A DNA stretch of 64,000 bases from Dehalococcoidia bacterium (lineage in GTDB: Bacteria; Chloroflexota; Dehalococcoidia; Plut-88900). Both the position numbers and the translations under genes were made by a program. Shown here one piece after another: positions 41,978 to 52,339 of this stretch. The stretch covers positions 928,001 through 992,000 of the forward strand of contig CBDFLQ010000007.1 of the NCBI GenBank assembly GCA_965249275.1. The letters run 5' to 3'. How positions within the stretch are numbered: the first letter of the stretch is position 1; each line of letters begins with the position of its first letter. The notes below the pieces were generated by a model. It was given only the letters and a program-made list of their open reading frames with translations, ran no database searches and had not been told where the DNA came from.

Positions 41978-42937
41978 ATGGTTAACATTGGAATAATGCT
42001 AGAGGGCCAGGAAGACCTAACATGGGAGAAGTGGCACGACTTCGTAGACCGGACCGAAGGCCTGGGCTTCGAGTCCATGTGGCGCTCGGACCACCTACAC
42101 CCCCTGGTGCTCGGGCCTGACAAGGAAGTCTTGGAGGCCTGGATATCCTTCGCTACCCTCGCTGCCAGGACCGAACGCATACGCTTCGGGGCGATGGTTA
42201 CGCCTATGACGTTCCGGCATCCGAGCGTTCTTGCCAAGATGGCGGCGTCTATTGACGTGCTGTCCAGCGGGAGGCTGGAGATGGGGCTGGGGGCGGGGTG
42301 GTGTGTGCCGGAGCACACCGCATTCGGCATCCCGTTCTATGACTGGAAAACTCGTTACGGAATGCTCGAAGAGGGGCTGGAAGTAATCAAGGCGCTGTGG
42401 ACGGAGGACAACGTTACCTTTAAGGGTCAGCACTACACCCTGGAAGGGGCAACGTCTTATCCCAAGCCCCATCAGTCACCTCATCCGCCTTTCGTCATAG
42501 GTGGAAACGGTGAGAAGCGCACCCTACCGATCACGGCGAAATACGCCCAGGAGTGGAATGGCATAAGCCTCACCGTAGATGGGTTTGTTGCGAAGCGGGC
42601 CTTGCTGCACAGGCTGTGCCGGGAGATAAATCGGGACCCGGACGAGATATCGATCTCTCTAACCGGGACGGCGATTATCGGGCGGGACGACCAGGACTAC
42701 GCGCGGCGACTGGCCCGGGTTGCCAACATCCTTGGTCCGGAGAAGGGCGTCGGCGACGCTACTACAGATGAACTGATGGACAAGGGGTGGATAGTCGGGA
42801 CGCCGGACCGGGTGGTAGAGCGGATCCTCGCTTACTCGGAGGCGGGCGCATCACGGGTAATATTCCAGCTTTACGACTACGAAGACACGGAATTGCTGGA
42901 CGTCATCGCCGAAAAGGTGCTCCCTCGCGTATCGTAG
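41978..42937 (+). CDS. LLM-class F420-dependent oxidoreductase
   Basis: EGQEDLTW, WRSDH, FRHPSVLAK, SSGRLEMGLGAGW, IGGNGEKRTL. Confidence 0.9.
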   Translation: MVNIGIMLEGQEDLTWEKWHDFVDRTEGLGFESMWRSDHLHPLVLGPDKEVLEAWISFATLAARTERIRFGAMVTPMTFRHPSVLAKMAASIDVLSSGRLEMGLGAGWCVPEHTAFGIPFYDWKTRYGMLEEGLEVIKALWTEDNVTFKGQHYTLEGATSYPKPHQSPHPPFVIGGNGEKRTLPITAKYAQEWNGISLTVDGFVAKRALLHRLCREINRDPDEISISLTGTAIIGRDDQDYARRLARVANILGPEKGVGDATTDELMDKGWIVGTPDRVVERILAYSEAGASRVIFQLYDYEDTELLDVIAEKVLPRVS

Positions 42938-42956
42938 AGCCCTGAGCAAGAAGGGG

Positions 42957-44300
42957 TTATTTGTCGGGGTGGGGTGGGGGGCGCCTTTCCTTGATCCTCT
43001 TCTCTATCTCCAGCTCAAAACCCTGGCCCGACGGCTCATAGTAGTTTCGCCCCGAAAGCTCCTCCGGCAGGTGCGTCTGCTCCACGTAATTCCCATCGTA
43101 GTCATGGGCGTACTTGTAGCCTTTGCCGTACCCCGAGGCACGCATCAGTCCGGTGGGCGCGTTCCTCAGGTGCAGCGGCACGGGGAGGTGATGAGTCTTC
43201 TCGACATCTTCCTTGGCTTTGAGGTAGGCCGCATACGCCGAGTTGCTCTTGGGCGCCGTGGCAAGGTATACGGCGGCTTCGGCCATGGGGATGAATCCCT
43301 CCGGCATTCCGACGAAGTGGACCGCCTGCTGTGCCGCAACTGCCACCACCAGAGCCTGTGGGTCCGCAAGCCCCACGTCCTCCGCCGCCAATATCACCAT
43401 CCTCCGCACGATGAACAGCGGGTCTTCTCCGGCCTCGATCATGCGAGACATCCAGTATAGGGCCGCGTCAGGGTCCGAGCCTCGCAAGGACTTTATGAAG
43501 GCCGAAATGATGTCGTAGTGCTGGTCGCCGCTCTTGTCGTACCGAGGCGTACGGCGCTGCAAGGCGTCTTCTATCGCATCGACACTGATGACACGGGCCC
43601 CGGACGACGACGCCACCCAGACAGCGAGCTCCAGCGTGTTGAGGGCTATACGGGCGTCGTTGCCGCTCAAGTTGACCAGGCGGTCAAGGGCCTCGGGGTC
43701 CAGGGACATGCCCTCTCGACCGAGTCCCTTTTCCGGGTCTGTCAGAGCACGCTCGATAATGTTCCTGATCTGAGCTTCTTCAAGGGGCTTTAGGGTGAAG
43801 ACCCGGCAGCGGGAGAGAAGGGGCGCTATGACCTCGAATGAGGGATTTTCGGTGGTAGCGCCGATTAGGGTGACGGTCCCATCCTCGACATGGGGCAGTA
43901 CCACGTCCTGCTGAGCCTTGTTGAAGCGGTGGATTTCGTCGATGAACAGTATGGTGCTGCGGCGATGCATGCCGCGGATGTCTTTGGCTTCCTTGATCAC
44001 CTGTCTTAGCTCGGCGACGCCGGAGGCCACGGCGCTGACCTGTTTGAAGCTGGCCTGGGTCTGGGAGGCGATGATCCGGGCCAGGGTGGTCTTGCCACTC
44101 CCCGGCGGTCCCCAGAGAACCATTGAGGGGAGTCGGTCCGCCTCGATACTGGTCCTAAGGGCTCTTCCCTTGCCAATCAGGTGCTCTTGACCAACATATT
44201 CGTCGAAGTTGAGGGGGCGCATGCGCGCGGCTAAGGGCGCGTCCTGTCTCAGCTGAGCCTCGGTCGAGACTTCGAACAGATCCTTGCCCTGCTTTGCCAT
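42957..44300 (-). CDS. rarA: Replication-associated recombination protein A (MgsA)
   Basis: PLAARMRP, GPPGSGKTT, DEIHRFNKAQQD, ISAFIKSLRGSDPDAA, GYKYAHD. Confidence 0.96.
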   Translation of the reverse strand: MAKQGKDLFEVSTEAQLRQDAPLAARMRPLNFDEYVGQEHLIGKGRALRTSIEADRLPSMVLWGPPGSGKTTLARIIASQTQASFKQVSAVASGVAELRQVIKEAKDIRGMHRRSTILFIDEIHRFNKAQQDVVLPHVEDGTVTLIGATTENPSFEVIAPLLSRCRVFTLKPLEEAQIRNIIERALTDPEKGLGREGMSLDPEALDRLVNLSGNDARIALNTLELAVWVASSSGARVISVDAIEDALQRRTPRYDKSGDQHYDIISAFIKSLRGSDPDAALYWMSRMIEAGEDPLFIVRRMVILAAEDVGLADPQALVVAVAAQQAVHFVGMPEGFIPMAEAAVYLATAPKSNSAYAAYLKAKEDVEKTHHLPVPLHLRNAPTGLMRASGYGKGYKYAHDYDGNYVEQTHLPEELSGRNYYEPSGQGFELEIEKRIKERRPPPHPDK

Positions 44301-44320
44301 ATAACCCCTACCTTAACCCT

Positions 44321-44698
44321 TCATCGAGCCATCGTGACCACCGTGACGCCCCAGCCGCCTTCCTCAAGAGCCGCGCCCCGGAAGGAGCTTACCAGCTGAT
44401 GTCCGGCAACCCACTCGAGGACGGCACTGCGCACCTTGCCCTGACCCTTGCCGTGCACTATCCGGACCTGGTGCAGGCCCGACAGGAAAGCCGTATCCAG
44501 GTATTTGTCCAGCTTTATCAGAGCCTCCTCCACCCTCATGTGCCGAAGGTGCACTTGCAAGGGCGGCGGGTCCAATGTCCCGACCAAGAACGCCGAGCCT
44601 CCACACACACCGCACTCGGAGTGTCTTTCTCCCCACCCCACACCTTCCACGCGGGAAGCGCGGCAGGCGAGGCAGCGGTAGGTCTCAGTCTGTCTCAC
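44321..44698 (-). CDS. Stand-alone Smr domain protein with N-terminal Zn ribbon
   Basis: CLAC..CGVC, then HLRHMRVEEA...IVHGKGQG...GGWGVTVV. Confidence 0.85.
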   Translation of the reverse strand: MRQTETYRCLACRASRVEGVGWGERHSECGVCGGSAFLVGTLDPPPLQVHLRHMRVEEALIKLDKYLDTAFLSGLHQVRIVHGKGQGKVRSAVLEWVAGHQLVSSFRGAALEEGGWGVTVVTMAR

Positions 44699-46100
44699 GA
44701 CCAGAGTTGGACGTCGACCCGGGGCCCGCGTCCAGGGCCTCTATCACTGCGTCCTTCAGAGCCGCTTCCTGCTCCGGGAGAACGGTGCGAGGGTCCAGTA
44801 GCAGGGCGTTGTCGTCGATGCGGCCTAAGACGGGAGTGGGGCCAGTGCGGAGGGATTTGGCGAGGAAGTCGACCGTGACACCGTTCGGGGGGCGCACCTG
44901 CAAAGCCCAGGTTGGAAGAGTGTCGCCGGGGAGGCTGCCTCCGCCTATGGTCGACGTAGTCTCGACAACGTCGACGCCATTTCCAATAGCGTCGCGCCAC
45001 GCGAGGGCCCTCAGCTTGATGGTCTCCAGAGGCATCGATATCATGCGCCAGACGGGCACCTTGTCCAGATGTTCTTCCTTAAGGTAGTGGAGGAGGGTGG
45101 CGGTGAGGGCTGCCATCGTCATCTTGTCGATTCTGGCGGCCCGGGCCAAGGGGTGACGAGCCAGCTCGGAGACGAGATCCCGGCGACCTACGATAATGCC
45201 GGCCTGCGGCCCTCCAAGCAGCTTGTCTCCCGAAAAGGCCACCAGGTCCATTCCTGCGGCGATGCTGTCCTGGGGTCTCGGCTCATCTGACAGCCCGAAG
45301 TCTCGGGTGTCCACTAGGCAACCGCTACCGACGTCGTGGACCACAGGAATCCCTGCCTCTCGGCCCAAAGCAGCGAGTGCACCAGTGTCAGGGGCCTCCG
45401 TGAAGCCGATGACCTTGAAGTTGCTGGAGTGAACTTTCAGGAACAGGGCAGTGTTTTCGGTAATGGCGTTGCGGTAGTCGGACAGGTAGGTGCGGTTGGT
45501 GGTACCGACCTCAACCAGCCTAGCCCCACTCGCACTCAATATCTCGGGGACCCGGACGCCGCCGCCGATCTCCACGGCCTCTCCCCGGCTCACGATGACA
45601 TCCCGACCCAAGGCGAGAACGCTCAGGATGAGATGTAGGGCCGCGGCGTTGTTGTTAACCGCCAGGGCGGACTCGGCGCCAGTGAGCCGGCTGACGAGGG
45701 ACTTGAGGGTCGCGTCCCGGCCACCCCGCTCGCCCTTCTCCAGGTCGATCTCTAGGTCGGAGTAACCGGCGCCCGCTTCCATCGCCGCCTTTGCCGCCTC
45801 CTCGCTGAGCGGGGCCCGGCCGAGGTTGGTGTGGATAACGACGCCGGTGGCATTGATCACGCGTCGGGGGGAGGGCTTCCACAGAGTCTTGGCTTTCCGG
45901 GCAATCTCCCCGACAAGGACATCCAGGGAGGGCACAGCACCTCCGTCCGATATGCACTGTCGCGCCGCCTGTAGCGAGTCCCGGGCGAGGGTGACCAAGG
46001 CGCCGTGGGAGTAGGTCTCCACCAGTGCCTTAGTTTCATCGGTCGCGAGGAGTCTATCGACGCTCGGGAGATCCCGGAATTTGTTCTCAATTGTAGTCAC
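44685..46100 (-). CDS. selA: L-seryl-tRNA(Sec) selenium transferase
   Basis: VINATGVVIHTNLGRAPL, VNNNAAA, EVGTTNRT, FSGDKLLGGPQAG. Confidence 0.96.
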   Translation of the reverse strand: MTTIENKFRDLPSVDRLLATDETKALVETYSHGALVTLARDSLQAARQCISDGGAVPSLDVLVGEIARKAKTLWKPSPRRVINATGVVIHTNLGRAPLSEEAAKAAMEAGAGYSDLEIDLEKGERGGRDATLKSLVSRLTGAESALAVNNNAAALHLILSVLALGRDVIVSRGEAVEIGGGVRVPEILSASGARLVEVGTTNRTYLSDYRNAITENTALFLKVHSSNFKVIGFTEAPDTGALAALGREAGIPVVHDVGSGCLVDTRDFGLSDEPRPQDSIAAGMDLVAFSGDKLLGGPQAGIIVGRRDLVSELARHPLARAARIDKMTMAALTATLLHYLKEEHLDKVPVWRMISMPLETIKLRALAWRDAIGNGVDVVETTSTIGGGSLPGDTLPTWALQVRPPNGVTVDFLAKSLRTGPTPVLGRIDDNALLLDPRTVLPEQEAALKDAVIEALDAGPGSTSNSGRETD

Positions 46101-46206
46101 GGAAGTTGCTCCACACGGCGATTTTAGCACGTTGGGTTTGCGGGCTGGTACAATCGGCGTAGGCTAGGGTGTGGTCGATGGATGCACGGAGGAAGGAGTG
46201 GGCGAC

Positions 46207-47340
46207 ATGGCGGACTACATGGTTATATCGGCGGACTCTCACGCAAACGAGCCTGTCGAGCTATATGAGCGTCTCCCGGAGGAGTACCAGCCTCGGGCAC
46301 CGCGGGAGATCACTAAGGACGGGCATCGCTACCTGAGGATAGAGGGTGCCGGGGATATGCCCCTCGACGCTCCGAATCCTCTCTCGGAAGAGGACATGCG
46401 CAGGTTTTTCCGGGATGCAGAGAAGGGCCAGGAACTGATCGCCAGCAACCCGAGCGACCTGGCGGGCGGGGTAGACATCCCAGTCCGGCTTTCGGACCTG
46501 GAGGTTGACGGAGTTTCGGGGGAGGTGATTTACCCGCAGGGCATTTTCAAGTCCTTCGCATCGCCGGACCCCGGCTACCAGGCAGCGCTTACCGGGGTGT
46601 ATAACGACTGGTACCACGAGATATTCGGGGAGCATCCGGACAAGTTTGTCGCGTCGGCGTTGCTGCCGATGGTAGACATCCCCTCGGCGGTAGAGGAGGC
46701 GAGACGGGTATCGAGGCTCGGGGGGAGGTCGTTTTCCGTGCCCATCAGCATGCCGACGCTTCCTTACAATTTCCCGGAATATGACCCGTTCTGGGACATC
46801 GCAGAGAGTACCGAGACACCCGTGGCGTTTCACGTTTTTACAGTGGGCCCGACGGGCCAACCTCCATCGGGGCCACACCGGGACGGCCCGGGACAGGACC
46901 TAGCCAGCGAGATAGTAGACATGGCGCACGCGATGAACCCGCTTACCTTGCTGGTTGCCTCCGGGGCGCTGAAGCGTCACCCGGGCTTGAAGTTTGTGTT
47001 GGTGGAGGGAGGGGTGGGGTGGCTTGCGTGGGTGCTGCAGACACTTGACGAGATGCAGGTGAAACGGCACATGTGGGCCGAGCCGAAGCTGAACATGAAG
47101 CCCAGCGAGTACTTTCATCGGCAGGGATACGCCACCTTCGGAGACGATCGGGTAGGGCTTATGACCCGATACGTGATTGGTGTGGAAAACCTGATGTGGG
47201 GCAGCGATTACCCACACGACGAAGGTACTTTCCCTCACTCACGGGAGGTGATAGAGCGGACGTTCGAAGGAATACCGGAGGATGAGAAGCGTAAAATGGT
47301 CGGAGAGAATGCGGCCAAGCTGTACGGGTTTTTCCAGTAA
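46207..47340 (+). CDS. Amidohydrolase-2 family protein
   Basis: ISADSH, FHV, MWGSDYPHDEGTFP. Confidence 0.9.
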   Translation: MADYMVISADSHANEPVELYERLPEEYQPRAPREITKDGHRYLRIEGAGDMPLDAPNPLSEEDMRRFFRDAEKGQELIASNPSDLAGGVDIPVRLSDLEVDGVSGEVIYPQGIFKSFASPDPGYQAALTGVYNDWYHEIFGEHPDKFVASALLPMVDIPSAVEEARRVSRLGGRSFSVPISMPTLPYNFPEYDPFWDIAESTETPVAFHVFTVGPTGQPPSGPHRDGPGQDLASEIVDMAHAMNPLTLLVASGALKRHPGLKFVLVEGGVGWLAWVLQTLDEMQVKRHMWAEPKLNMKPSEYFHRQGYATFGDDRVGLMTRYVIGVENLMWGSDYPHDEGTFPHSREVIERTFEGIPEDEKRKMVGENAAKLYGFFQ

Positions 47341-47368
47341 CCAGGGATCCAGGTATTTGGGAGGTGAA

Positions 47369-48502
47369 ATGTCGGATTACAAGGTCATCTCGGCGGACTC
47401 ACATTGCAATGAACCGGCAGAGATATATGAAAGGCTCCCTGTCCAATATAGGGCGAGGGCGCCCCACGAGGAGAGCATAAACGGTGAGAGATTCATGGTC
47501 TTCGAGGGGCAGGCACCGATGCCCGTCATTGCCCCCAACCCGTTGAATGAAGACGACATGCAGAGGTACTGGCGGGACGGGGAGGACTTAGGACGTCAAC
47601 AACATAGGGCAGGGGGAGTAGACATACCTCTGCGCTTGGCAGACCTGGAAAAAGATGGCGTCAGCGCCGAGGTGATCTACCCGCAGGCCGTTTTCAAGAC
47701 TTTCGCATCCCCGGACCCCGGGTACCAGCTAGCCCTGTCGGGGCTGTACAACGACTGGCACCACGAGATATTCGGCGCCCGACAGGATGTCTTCGCGGTA
47801 ACGGCCGAGATTCCCATGCTCAACGTGCAGGATGCAATTGGCGAGGCGAAGCGGGTGGCGAAGATGGGCTACAAGAGTCTATCGCTGCCGTGTGCAATGC
47901 CGACTAAACCGTACAATCACCCGGACTACGAGCCGTTTTGGGATGCCGCCGAAGAGCTAGACATCCCGTTGGCTTTTCACGTATTCACCACGGGGCCCGA
48001 CCCGGCAGCCACTGCGGCAGCGCACGAATACGAACGGGCCACGGGCGTGGGGGAGGACCACCTTGGGAGCATAACCGGCATGGCGGCAGCCATGGGTCCG
48101 ACGATCATGCTTATCGCTTCCAACACGCTGGGACGACACCCGAACATGAAATTCGTGCTGGTGGAGTCGGGGGTGGGGTGGCTGGCGTGGGTGCTTCAAT
48201 GCCTGGATGAACTGCATGCCAAGCGTCACATGTGGGCGGTCCCTCACCTTGAACTGCCGCCCAGCGAATACTTCAAGCGCCAGGGATTCGCCACCTTCGG
48301 GGACGACCTGGCGGGTCTGCTTACGCGTGAGCTCACCGGTACAGATTGCCTGATGTGGGGCAGTGACTATCCCCACGACGAGGGCACGTTCCCTCACTCT
48401 CAAGAGGTGATAGATCGGATTTTCAAGGACATACCTGAGGATGAGAAGAGGAAAATCGTCGCGGGGAATGCGGCCAGACTGTATGGCTTTTCCATGTCTT
48501 GA
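47369..48502 (+). CDS. Amidohydrolase-2 family protein (tandem paralog)
   Basis: Same motifs; co-linear with the upstream gene. Confidence 0.9.
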   Translation: MSDYKVISADSHCNEPAEIYERLPVQYRARAPHEESINGERFMVFEGQAPMPVIAPNPLNEDDMQRYWRDGEDLGRQQHRAGGVDIPLRLADLEKDGVSAEVIYPQAVFKTFASPDPGYQLALSGLYNDWHHEIFGARQDVFAVTAEIPMLNVQDAIGEAKRVAKMGYKSLSLPCAMPTKPYNHPDYEPFWDAAEELDIPLAFHVFTTGPDPAATAAAHEYERATGVGEDHLGSITGMAAAMGPTIMLIASNTLGRHPNMKFVLVESGVGWLAWVLQCLDELHAKRHMWAVPHLELPPSEYFKRQGFATFGDDLAGLLTRELTGTDCLMWGSDYPHDEGTFPHSQEVIDRIFKDIPEDEKRKIVAGNAARLYGFSMS

Positions 48503-48566
48503 CCAATTTAACTTCCCAATCGTAAGGTAGCTCTCATCCCCAGCATCTCGATTGGAGCGTATACAC

Positions 48567-48983
48567 ATGCAAGTCCCGGAGCAGATAGAAGAGTTTTTGA
48601 AGAAGGTGCAAGTCGGAGTCCTTTCGACGGTGGACTCCCAGGGCAGGCCTCACGCCATTCCGATGTGGTGCATATACGAAGACGGCGAGTTCGTGATGTC
48701 GACGGGGTTAGGGTCCCAGAAGCACAAAAACATCCAGAACAACGAAAACGTGATGCTGGTCTTTGACCAGCGGGAGACTCCCTACTACGCCGTGATGGTG
48801 CGTGGCATCGCCCGCCTGGAGACAGTGCGTTCGACAGAAACCATTCAGCGCATTGCCCAGGCGTACCTGGGAGAAGAGGGCGCAAACAGATACCTGGGAG
48901 GGCGCCCGGCTGATGCAGAGTCGGCGACGATACGCGTAACACCTACGAAGTTCATCGAATACCACGGCCTGAGCGGAAGGTAA
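48567..48983 (+). CDS. Pyridoxamine 5'-phosphate oxidase-like (PPOX, F420/FMN) protein
   Basis: VLSTVDSQGRPHAIPMW, KHKNIQNN. Confidence 0.85.
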   Translation: MQVPEQIEEFLKKVQVGVLSTVDSQGRPHAIPMWCIYEDGEFVMSTGLGSQKHKNIQNNENVMLVFDQRETPYYAVMVRGIARLETVRSTETIQRIAQAYLGEEGANRYLGGRPADAESATIRVTPTKFIEYHGLSGR

Positions 48984-49023
48984 GGTACCCAACCCGACCT
49001 TTCGAGAACCGGGAGGCGCCCAA

Positions 49024-50637
49024 ATGGACCTGGTCTTCCTAGGCGGAAACGTCATAACTATGACCTCCCTGGACAAGCGCGCGGAAGCGGTCGCGGTTCG
49101 GGACGGGAAGATAGCTGCGGTCGGGGCGAGCGCGGAGATCTCGGCGATGGTGTCGGAGGGGACGGAGGTCGTGCCTCTTGCAGGGCGCACCCTGATCCCG
49201 GGCTTCGTCGATCCTCATAACCATTTCTCGGCCACGGTGTTCGACCCGGTAGCGGTGGATTGCTGGACGCCGCCACACGAAAGCATCGCCGGTATAAAGG
49301 ATGCGATAGCTCGGGCGGCGAGTGCAGCTCTCCCGGGACAGTGGATATTCGGTTGGGGCTTCGCCGGGGACTACGTCCGGGAGGGGCGGAACCTGACGCG
49401 TCGGGACCTGGATGATGCGGCGCCTGACAACCCGGTCTGCATCATGGACGGGTCTCACCACAGCTGCTATGCGAACTCATTAGCCATGCAGCTAGGGGGG
49501 ATAGACTCAAGAACTTCCGACCCGCGTGGAGGTCAAATCCTCAAGGATGACCAGGGAGAGCCGTCCGGCGAGCTTTGGGAAAGGGCGATGGACCCCGTAC
49601 ACTCGCTGTGTCTGAAAGCCCACGTGGACCACTACGGCGACGGGGCCGCGGAGTTTGTCTACCGGAACTCGATGAAGCACCTGTCGGTGGGGATTACGTC
49701 TGTGGGGGAGGCGTTGGTTACGCCCGATGCGGCCCGGCTGTACAAGATGGCCGACGAGCAAGGCAAGATACCAATCGCTCTCAGGCAGCAGCTTGGGGGG
49801 CTGACGTTCTTCAGAGCACCGGAGGAAGCCTCACGGGGCGAACTAGGGATAGAGGACACGTCCGACCGGCTGCGGGGTGGGACGCTGAAGATGTTCATGG
49901 ACCCGGTGTTCCCCGACTCGGCCAATTTCAAGTGCCACGATAATGGGGAGATCGAGCGGGTTGGGACACAGTACTACTCGCAGGAGGAGGCGGACGAGCT
50001 TGTGCTATCAGCGCACAAGCTAGGGATGCAGGTGATCATCCACTGTCTCGGGCCGTGGGCGATCGAGCAGGCGCTCAACTCCTTCGAGCGGGCCTTGCGG
50101 GAGAGGCCTGTATCGGACCCTCGGTTCCGCATTGAGCACTTCACAATGCCGACCCGGGAGCAGATAGAGAAGGCACGTTCGCTGGACGTGATAGCCTCTG
50201 TGCAGCCGCCTTTCATTTACACCTGGGCAGACCGGCAGCAGGTGCGAGCTCGGGAGCTGGGCCGCACCTTCGGGATAGAACCATTTCGGAGCATGATCGA
50301 TGCTGGCCTGACGGTGGCGGCGGGGTCGGACAACCCGTGTGCTCCACTGGACCCGCTCATCGGGATCCGGGCGGCGGTGAACAGGGTGGCCCGCGGGACA
50401 GGAGATGCCGTCTCCCCCGAAGAGGCTATCACTCCAATCGAGGCGCTGAGGATGTACACGATAAACTCTGCGGCGGCCTTGAGGAGAGAGACTGAGGTGG
50501 GGTCAATTGAGGTTGGGAAACGGGCAGACCTGGTTGTCCTGGGGCATGATCCGACGCAGGCGAACCCGGACTTCATTACCGACATAGCCGTAGAAAGCAC
50601 GTATGTCGACGGGCAATGCCTGTACAGCAGGTACTAG
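49024..50637 (+). CDS. Amidohydrolase-3 (YtcJ-like)
   Basis: AVAVRDGKI, PGFVDPHNH, RIEH, GSDNP, YTINSA, GSIEVGKRADLVVL. Confidence 0.9.
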   Translation: MDLVFLGGNVITMTSLDKRAEAVAVRDGKIAAVGASAEISAMVSEGTEVVPLAGRTLIPGFVDPHNHFSATVFDPVAVDCWTPPHESIAGIKDAIARAASAALPGQWIFGWGFAGDYVREGRNLTRRDLDDAAPDNPVCIMDGSHHSCYANSLAMQLGGIDSRTSDPRGGQILKDDQGEPSGELWERAMDPVHSLCLKAHVDHYGDGAAEFVYRNSMKHLSVGITSVGEALVTPDAARLYKMADEQGKIPIALRQQLGGLTFFRAPEEASRGELGIEDTSDRLRGGTLKMFMDPVFPDSANFKCHDNGEIERVGTQYYSQEEADELVLSAHKLGMQVIIHCLGPWAIEQALNSFERALRERPVSDPRFRIEHFTMPTREQIEKARSLDVIASVQPPFIYTWADRQQVRARELGRTFGIEPFRSMIDAGLTVAAGSDNPCAPLDPLIGIRAAVNRVARGTGDAVSPEEAITPIEALRMYTINSAAALRRETEVGSIEVGKRADLVVLGHDPTQANPDFITDIAVESTYVDGQCLYSRY

Positions 50638-50661
50638 TCGAGCAGAGATAGGGAGCAAGCA

Positions 50662-52239
50662 ATGACTCAACAGGAAGAGTATGACATCATCATAGTCGGG
50701 GGCGGGCACAATGGGCTGACGGCCGCGGCCTACCTGGCTGACGCAGGCATAAACGTACTGGTACTGGAACGTCGGGACGTGGTGGGTGGGGCGGCGGTGA
50801 CGGAGGAGCTGATACCAGGGTTCCGGTTTTCTACGGCGTCGATGTTCTGCGGGATGGTGCAGTCCAAGGTTGTCGAGGACCTGAAGCTGCAGGACTACGG
50901 ATACGATGCCTACGGAGTCGATCCTCCATACACATTCATGTTCCCGGACAACTCCTACCTGTGCGCCTGGAATGACCCAGACATGTTCAGGCGTGAGATT
51001 GGGAAGTTCTCCTCAAAGGACGCTGACGCCTTTTTCGAGCAGCAGCGTTTCATGCAGCGATACCAGGAATACATCCGACCTTATTTTCTGAGGAAACCGC
51101 CATCCGTTGCGGAGTTTGCGGCCCAGTTCAAGACGCAAGAGGAGGAAGAAGCATACCGGGCGATCATGTTCGGGTCGGCGGGGCACTATGCACTGGACAA
51201 CTACGAGTCGGACGCGGTCAGGGTAATGGCCACTGGGCTGGCGGCCTCGGGTAACGATGTATCACTTTTCAGTAAGGGCAACATGTTCAAGGCGCTGTGG
51301 GCCAACATGGCAGAAGCGACGGGAGTGGCGGGAGTTTGGGGATTCAGCCGGGGCGGCATGGGGGCCATCACCCAGGCCATGGCGGCATCTGCCGAGGCGA
51401 AGGGTGCAACGATCAGGACGGGTGCGGAAATCGAGGAGATCCTGGTAGAGGATGACCGTGCGACGGGCGTGGTACTAACGTCCGGCGAGACAATCCGGGC
51501 GCGTGCGGTAGCCTCCAACGCCGATCCCAAACGGACATTCCTCAAACTCGTTCCGGGCGGGCATCTGGAACCCAGTATCGAGCGTGACGTGAATAATTTG
51601 AAGCTCAGGGGAAACCTGGCCAAGGTGTTCATAGCATTGGACGCTCGGCCGGAGTGGGCCTGTTTCAACGGCGAGGACCCAGGGACACGGGACCAGGGAT
51701 TCATCGGCCTGGTGCCATCCATCGAATTCGTTGAGGAGTCTCGGGTGCAGGCGCTCAGGGGCGAGATGCCGGACAAGATATGGACGTTTCTGCATGTCCA
51801 ATCGATAACCGACGACTCCCTGGCCCCACCAGGGAAGCACGCCATGACGTGCTACTTCCAGCACGTGCCCTACGAGTTGGCAGAGGGAAGCTGGGACGAC
51901 GAGTCCACCAAGCGCGAACTCTCAAACCGGTGCCTTAACCACCTGCGGGAGTACATTACAAACCTGGACGACATCATGATTGATAACGTTGTGTTCGGGC
52001 CAAGGGACATTGAGGACCGTTTCTATTTGACCGAGGCCACGATGCACCACGGCGACATTACCCCCGACCAGATGTTTTCCCTTCGACCGTTCGCGGGTTA
52101 CTCGGACTACCGGACGCCGGTGAAGAACCTGTACTTATGTGGGTCGGGGGCGTTTCCGGGGGGGTCGGTGTCTGGGGCGCCGGGGCACAATGCGGCGCAC
52201 GAGATTATCAAGGACTGGCGCGAGGGGTTGATCGCGTAG
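50662..52239 (+). CDS. Phytoene desaturase-family FAD-dependent oxidoreductase
   Basis: IVGGGHNGLTAAAY, GGMGAIT, YRTPVKNLYLCGSGAFPGGSVSGAPGHNAA. Confidence 0.9.
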   Translation: MTQQEEYDIIIVGGGHNGLTAAAYLADAGINVLVLERRDVVGGAAVTEELIPGFRFSTASMFCGMVQSKVVEDLKLQDYGYDAYGVDPPYTFMFPDNSYLCAWNDPDMFRREIGKFSSKDADAFFEQQRFMQRYQEYIRPYFLRKPPSVAEFAAQFKTQEEEEAYRAIMFGSAGHYALDNYESDAVRVMATGLAASGNDVSLFSKGNMFKALWANMAEATGVAGVWGFSRGGMGAITQAMAASAEAKGATIRTGAEIEEILVEDDRATGVVLTSGETIRARAVASNADPKRTFLKLVPGGHLEPSIERDVNNLKLRGNLAKVFIALDARPEWACFNGEDPGTRDQGFIGLVPSIEFVEESRVQALRGEMPDKIWTFLHVQSITDDSLAPPGKHAMTCYFQHVPYELAEGSWDDESTKRELSNRCLNHLREYITNLDDIMIDNVVFGPRDIEDRFYLTEATMHHGDITPDQMFSLRPFAGYSDYRTPVKNLYLCGSGAFPGGSVSGAPGHNAAHEIIKDWREGLIA

Positions 52240-52251
52240 CGGAGCGGGGGA

Positions 52252-52339
52252 GGGCGGTTCTCGAAACGCCCCTACGATGGCAGGTCAATCCGGGGTGAGG
52301 GGAGCGCCCCACCCCAGGCGACCGGCCGGTCGCCCCTAC
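52252..52339 (-). repeat. Two GTAG-type REP palindromes
   Basis: GGGCG-GTTCTCGAAA-CGCCC-CTAC and GGCG-ACCGGCCGGT-CGCCC-CTAC. Confidence 0.75.

Noticed and set aside
44685-46100. Selenoprotein (UGA read-through) genes near selA
   Set aside because: Nearby TGA stops coincide with natural protein ends; no in-frame continuation or SECIS recognised by eye
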